A stretch of DNA of 32,000 nt, taken from assembly GCA_965231145.1 (NCBI GenBank), contig OZ246420.1, forward strand, positions 480,001 through 512,000, given 5' to 3'. The notes under the pieces were generated by a model. That model was not told where the DNA came from. It was given only the letters and a program-made list of their open reading frames with translations, and ran no database searches. The stretch is from Candidatus Saccharimonadota bacterium (GTDB lineage Bacteria; Patescibacteriota; Gracilibacteria; Absconditabacterales; Absconditicoccaceae). Position 1 is the first letter of the stretch, and each line of letters opens with the position of its first letter. Shown piece by piece: positions 27,381 through 32,000 of the stretch. The position numbers and the translations under genes are program-made.

Positions 27381-28820
27381 ATGAAAATGAGCGAAAGAAA
27401 ATTTGGGTTAGATGCGATCGTAGCATGGGCAAAGAGAAGAGGTTTTGTCTATCCGAACTCTGATATCTATGGAGGTTTAGCTAATGCATGGGATTACGGT
27501 CCATATGGTTCGTGGCTCAGAAAAAACATCTCTGATGCATGGATTAAGACGTTCATCCAGGAAAGAGATGATATGGCTATGATGGATACCACTATCCTCG
27601 CTCACCCTACAACATGGGTTGCAAGCTGACATGTTGGCTCATTTTCTGATGCACTTATCGATGATAAGAAAACAGGACAAAGATTTAGAGCAGATAAGAT
27701 CATTGAAGAATATATTGAGTCTATAAGAAATGGGAGAAATGATGATGAAGTTGCAGCAGAACTTGGGGTTAAAAATCTTTCGCCGGAAGCATGGTGAAAC
27801 GAAGGTATGCATGACTTTATTGTAAAATATATTCCAAAGAATCCTGCAAATAAGAAAACTGCAGAATGGACGGAAGCAAGAAATTTCAATCTCATGCTCG
27901 ATACGCATCTTTGACCAGTTGCAGATGATTCGACCAAAGTATACATGAGACCAGAAACATGTCAGTCACTCTTTACTGACTTCAAGTCTGTCTGTGATAC
28001 AACAAGACTCAGAGTTCCATTTGGATTGGCTCAGATTGGTAAAGCATTTAGAAATGAGATCACTCCAGGACAATTTCTCTATAGAATGCGTGAGTTTGAG
28101 CAGATGGAAATAGAATATTTTGTTCCTGCTGATAAAGATGTTGCTCAGAAGCACTATGAACAGTGGAAAGAAGACGCTATGAGATACTGGACGGAAGTTA
28201 TTGGTATCAACAAAGAGCATTTGAGATTTAAAGATCATGAGAAGCTTGCGCACTATGCTGCAGCTGCAACTGACGTAGAGTTCCTGTATCCATGGGGTTG
28301 GGGTGAGATTCAAGGAGTACACAATAGAACTGACTTTGACTTAAAGCAACATCAGGAATACAGCAAGAAAGACATGCAATATATTGATCCAAAAACAGGA
28401 GACAGATATATTCCATGGTGTATTGAAGCATCATTTGGTCTTGGAAGAACAATGATGGTAACGATGCTTGAGTTCTACGATGAAGAAGAAGTGAAAGAAG
28501 GAGATATGCGTGTGGTAGTAAGATTTCCTTTCGCATTGGCACCGGTGAAATATGCTATCTTCCCTCTCATGGAAAAAGATGAAAAGATGATGGAAACAGC
28601 AAAAGAGATTACTCGTAAGCTCAAGAAACAGGGTATCAATGTTGAGTACGATGGAGCCGGAAATATTGGAAAAAGATATAGAAGACAGGATGAAATCGGT
28701 ACTCCATATTGTATTACTATCGATCATCAAACTCTTGAAGATGGTACTGTTACCATCAGACATAGAGACAGCATGGCACAGGAAAGAATTGCCGCAGATC
28801 AGATTGTTTCATTTAAGTAA
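27381..28820 (+). CDS. glyQS: Glycine--tRNA ligase, dimeric class II type (479 aa, 3 UGA)
   Basis: IYGGLANAWDYGPYG, WVAS-G-HVGSFSD (TGA 27627-27629), RPETCQ, FRNEITPG..REFEQMEIEYF and an anticodon-binding C-terminus. Track ORFs 27318-27629 and 27945-28820 are in the same frame. Confidence 0.95.
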
Positions 28821-28826
28821 AAAATA

Positions 28827-28859
28827 GGTCATAGGTAATAAACAACCTATGGCTTTTTT
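28827..28859 (+). terminator. Intrinsic terminator of glyQS
   Basis: GGTCATAGGT (28827-28836) pairs with ACCTATGGC (28845-28853), followed by T6. Confidence 0.7.
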
Positions 28860-28887
28860 AATAACAAAGATAAGAGATATTCTTACC

Positions 28888-29097
28888 CGTCGGATATACC
28901 CACGTCTCCTCTTTACGATCTTGAGGTATGATAGGAGTGTTAGTATTGAGCTGGAGTCGCTGTGATGTGCGCGACAGCGAAATACTTCGTATGCAATACA
29001 TGAGGGTTACACAGGCTCGTAGTGCTATATCCGACTAGACCCTTTTGGTTACTTTTTAGGGATATGCTAAAAAGTGACGCCCCTCCGGCAGGAGAAA
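28888..29097. repeat. Left arm of long inverted repeat (148-bp perfect core plus imperfect extension and a 29-nt hairpin insertion)
   Basis: 28888-29035 is the exact reverse complement of 30318-30465, checked in 10-mers. 29036-29046 and 29076-29097 match 30307-30317 and 30281-30303 with indels. 29047-29075 is unique to this arm. Confidence 0.9.
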
Positions 29098-29182
29098 GAG
29101 AAAGATATTGCTTTAGTAGTATATAGCATAATAACATCATTATCACTACTACAAATTTACTTATAGGAGAGTCAATAGTGAT

Positions 29183-30238
29183 ATGTTTATTATCTCTCGT
29201 TTTTGCCTTTTCAATGTCTATATTTATCTTGTTACTCTTTTATGCGCCCTTATCAAACTATTACATATGCATAAATTTTCTAAAATTGCTTTCATCGCTA
29301 TAGGTCTTTTCGGGTGATTCGCTGGCATCTCATCTGCAACATCGCCTACTATGGTATCATGAGTTCCCATAAAAACATTTTGTGCTTCGTATAAAAAAGA
29401 AGTCGAGACGAAGTCTATCGCCACTTTGCTGGCGATAAAGATAAAAGAAAAGCCTTTTCAAAAAGCAGCATTGCTCAGACAGTATCAAACATTTACGTTG
29501 CTTGGAAAACAGCATTGTAAAATAAGTACTCCACCAAAAGTAATTACTCCTGTCACCAAAGCTGCTTCACCGACGAGTATAGATATATCAAATAATAAGC
29601 CGATTATTATTACTACGACTGCAAACTACCAAACGCCTGCTGATTATTTTAAAGGATATGAGATAAGTGATATTATTGGCATTACGCCCGAACAAATGCA
29701 AATAACGCTCCAGAGGATAGAAAGAGCAAAGGAGATCTATGCAAATATTATTGAGAAGTTTATCGAGAAGGAGTGGTTTGCGTTATCGGATAGAAATGAG
29801 ATGGTAGGGAAGATTTGATTTAGGTTCTCGCAAAATTGTAATGAGCTTGATGGTAAGATCCTTGTAAGACAATGGTATGATAAAAATCATAAGCCTATAA
29901 AAAATGAGCTCGTCAACCTGTTTATTACTATTAATCTCTGCTTCCAGCCGATCTACGAAGATGGCTATGATAAGTTTTTAGAGAAGATTATCTATCATGA
30001 ACTAGGTCATTACCTAAATTATTTTCATGACGAAGACGATTCATGATTTAAATCTCTCTGCTGGGAAGGAGATACATCTATCTGTTCAAGCTCTCAGTTT
30101 ATCACGAACTATGCATCTACTGAGCCAGATGAAGACTATGCAGAATCATTTGCCTATTACGCACTCAATGACCGGCCGGTCAGCAACGATCTTCTCCAGC
30201 AGAAAATAGATTACTTTAGAGCAAAGTTTCCTAAGTAA
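29183..30238 (+). CDS. Membrane-anchored HExxH zinc metallopeptidase-like protein (351 aa, 4 UGA)
   Basis: The track ORF starts at TTG 29426, but the frame is open back to ATG 29183 (GGAGA at 29166-29170) through 2 TGA, which adds a hydrophobic N-terminus. It continues through TGA 29816 and 30044 to TAA at 30236-30238. HELGH is at 29996-30010, with EDYAESFAYY downstream. Confidence 0.65.
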
Positions 30239-30254
30239 TACAAGACTTTATCGC

Positions 30255-30278
30255 AAACAGGTTCATCCCTGTTTTTTT
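30255..30278 (+). terminator. Intrinsic terminator of the metallopeptidase gene
   Basis: AAACAGG (30255-30261) pairs with CCTGTTT (30268-30274), with the T-run continuing to 30278. Confidence 0.7.
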
Positions 30279-30280
30279 AA

Positions 30281-30465
30281 TTTCTCCTGCCGGAGAGGGC
30301 GCCTTCGAAAAGGTCTAGTCGGATATAGCACTACGAGCCTGTGTAACCCTCATGTATTGCATACGAAGTATTTCGCTGTCGCGCACATCACAGCGACTCC
30401 AGCTCAATACTAACACTCCTATCATACCTCAAGATCGTAAAGAGGAGACGTGGGTATATCCGACG
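30281..30465. repeat. Right arm of long inverted repeat
   Basis: See the left arm. The core is 30318-30465. The unit is itself bounded by GTCGGATATA (30318-30327) and TATATCCGAC (30455-30464). Confidence 0.9.
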
Positions 30466-30511
30466 AATAAGAAGATACATAAATATAACAAATGATTTCT
30501 AAAGCCATGTT

Positions 30512-30545
30512 AAAAAAAACTTCCGTGAGATACGGAAGTTTTTCT
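30512..30545. terminator. Bidirectional intrinsic terminator (clpC 3' end)
   Basis: AACTTCCGT (30518-30526) pairs with ACGGAAGTT (30532-30540), with an A8 run upstream and a T-run downstream. Confidence 0.75.
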
Positions 30546-30547
30546 TA

Positions 30548-32000
30548 TTATGCATTCATCATCTGGTCGATAAGCTGAGGTTCGATCTCGTCATAAATGT
30601 ATCTTTCGATAGGACGAGCTCCAAACTGAGGATTGTATATTTTGTCGATAATTTCTTCTACTTTTTTCTTGGTAAACTTTGGTATCTTCACTCCTTCCTT
30701 TTCTTTCCATGCAGCAAGGAATTCAGTTACCTTCATGACAAATATTTCACCAAGCGCTTCCTTGCTCAGGGGTCTGAAGACGATCGTATAGTCAAGTCTA
30801 TTGAGAAGCTCAGGCTTCATGTGGTCTTTCAGGCGTTCCATGATGCGCTGTTTCTGCTGATCAAAGTCTTTATTTGCTATATGCTTTTCATCTCCGCCTT
30901 CAAATCCAATAGATGCAATCTTTTTACCAAATTCTTCTGAACCAATATTTGATGTAAGGATAATAATCGTTGATTTAAAGTCTATCCAGCGCCCTTTATT
31001 ATCTTTGAGATGTCCTTCATCGAGAATCTGGAGTAATATGTTCAAGACATCAGGAGATGCCTTTTCCATCTCATCAAAAAGAACAATACTGTAAGGCTTT
31101 CTTCTGACTGCTTCCGTAAGTACTCCTCCTTCATCGTATCCAACATATCCTGCAGGAGATCCGATAAGTTTTGAAGCGCTATGTTTTTCCATAAATTCTG
31201 ACATATCGACACGGATGAGTGCTTTCTCGTCTCCAAAGTATTCTTTTGCAAGAAGCTTTGCGAGATAGGTCTTACCGACACCTGATGGTCAAAGGAAAAG
31301 AAATGAAGCAATAGGTTTATTTTTTTGTACTACCGAAAGCCTGTTTCTTTTGATAGATTTAACTACAGCTTCGATCGCATCTTTTTGCCCTACAACACTT
31401 CCTTCAAGGCGTCATTCAAGTCTCTTGAGCTTATCTGTCTCACTTTCTGTCACCATATGTGCTGGCACACCGATCTTATCAGCGAGGACCTGTCAAACAT
31501 CAAACACTGATACGGTAGGTCTGAGATGTTCAGGAAGCGTATTTTTCATACGAAGCGTCTTCATGTGTGCTTTGATCTTCTCTTCTTGTTCCTTTAGTTC
31601 GGCAGCCTGGAAGTAATCCTGTTTCTCGATAGCTTTTTCTATCTTTTCTTGTACACCAAGAAGCTTTTCTTCCTGTTTTTTATAGTCATTATTCTTCTCA
31701 AGCTTTTCGTTCATAGTAGACTTTCTTGCAGATGCTTCATCGATAATATCGATAGCCTTGTCAGGTAGATGCTTATTGAGGATATATCTTTTCGAGAGTT
31801 CTACTGCCTGTGCAATAGCTTTATCGTCAATGACTACTCCGTGATAATCTTCAAAATTCTTTTTAATGCCCTGAAGGATAAGCATCGTATCATGAGTATT
31901 TGGTTCATCGATATGAAGCTCCTGAAATCTTCTTTTCAGTGCAGCATCTTTTTCGATATGTTTCTGATACTCATCAAATGTGGTAGCACCAATAAGCTTG
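30548..32000 (-). CDS. clpC: ATP-dependent Clp chaperone ClpC-type, 5'-truncated by the window edge
   Basis: NBD2 Walker A is FLFL-G-PSGVGKT, with TGA at 31289-31291. Also present: [16 protein letters not shown] and GARPIERYI. An IGF loop ([10 protein letters not shown]) and a UVR-like [15 protein letters not shown] in the middle domain favour ClpC over ClpB. Confidence 0.85.

Noticed and set aside
27602-28763. Numerous antisense or out-of-frame track ORFs inside conserved genes, e.g. 27602-27946(-), 27966-28322(-), 28431-28763(-), 21729-22040(-), 22115-22447(+), 1451-1819(+), 462-752(+)
   Set aside because: They overlap strongly supported conserved CDSs on the other strand or frame, have no recognisable motifs, and show the biased composition expected of shadow ORFs in AT-rich DNA.
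28940-29146. Minus-strand 68-aa track ORF inside the left repeat arm
   Set aside because: It falls within the non-coding repeat. The equivalent frame in the right arm is not preserved as an ORF with a start, and the composition is implausible.
29224-29424. Minus-strand 66-aa track ORF between the inverted repeats
   Set aside because: It lies entirely antisense to the code-25 N-terminal extension of the HExxH gene (ATG 29183), which has an RBS-like GGAGA and a sensible TM topology.
1-32000. Genetic code 4 (UGA=Trp, Mycoplasma-like) as the explanation for in-frame TGA
   Set aside because: The UGA positions I could place against invariant motifs are all Gly (GxxGxGKT, GGTGLY, NVTG, EETG, QGGP, TPGG), not Trp. 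UGG is still used for Trp in conserved W positions such as DTWFSS and GSGWAW.

Overview
AT-rich bacterial window. In the supplied standard-code ORF track almost every conserved gene is broken by in-frame TGA. These TGAs fall on invariant glycines: ClpC Walker A G-PSGVGKT, MiaA G-GTGLY, ValS PPNVT-G-VLHVGH, Nudix EET-G, SHMT Q-G-GP and PRG-G. The window therefore has to be read with genetic code 25 (UGA=Gly), which is used by Gracilibacteria and Absconditabacteria/SR1 in the CPR. Read this way it holds about 33 CDSs. Housekeeping genes are miaA, Fe/Mn sod, map, valS, glyA, aspS, adk, glyQS, clpC (partial), a hemW-like gene, a nudix gene and a udk-like gene. Envelope or secreted proteins are a GH26-like hydrolase, two SLH-like paralogues, SanA, a DUF4105-like protein and a ClpP-fold serine protease. 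Several orphans remain. Six things are non-routine. (1) A base-perfect 148-bp inverted repeat pair, about 185-210 bp with imperfect extensions, brackets a single membrane-anchored HExxH peptidase gene. (2) A gene-free block of about 0.9 kb is locally GC-rich and has its own promoter and intrinsic terminators on the minus strand, suggesting at least two structured RNAs; one has weak RNase-P-like motifs and the other may be a leader. (3) A stand-alone C-terminal half of uvrB. (4) Intergenic hairpins built from short repeated words, some sharing sequence between distant loci. (5) An in-frame TTAGAATT-repeat insertion in glyA. (6) UGA-free genes within a UGA-using genome. All coordinates and translations were done by hand. 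Start codons are less certain than frames and stops.
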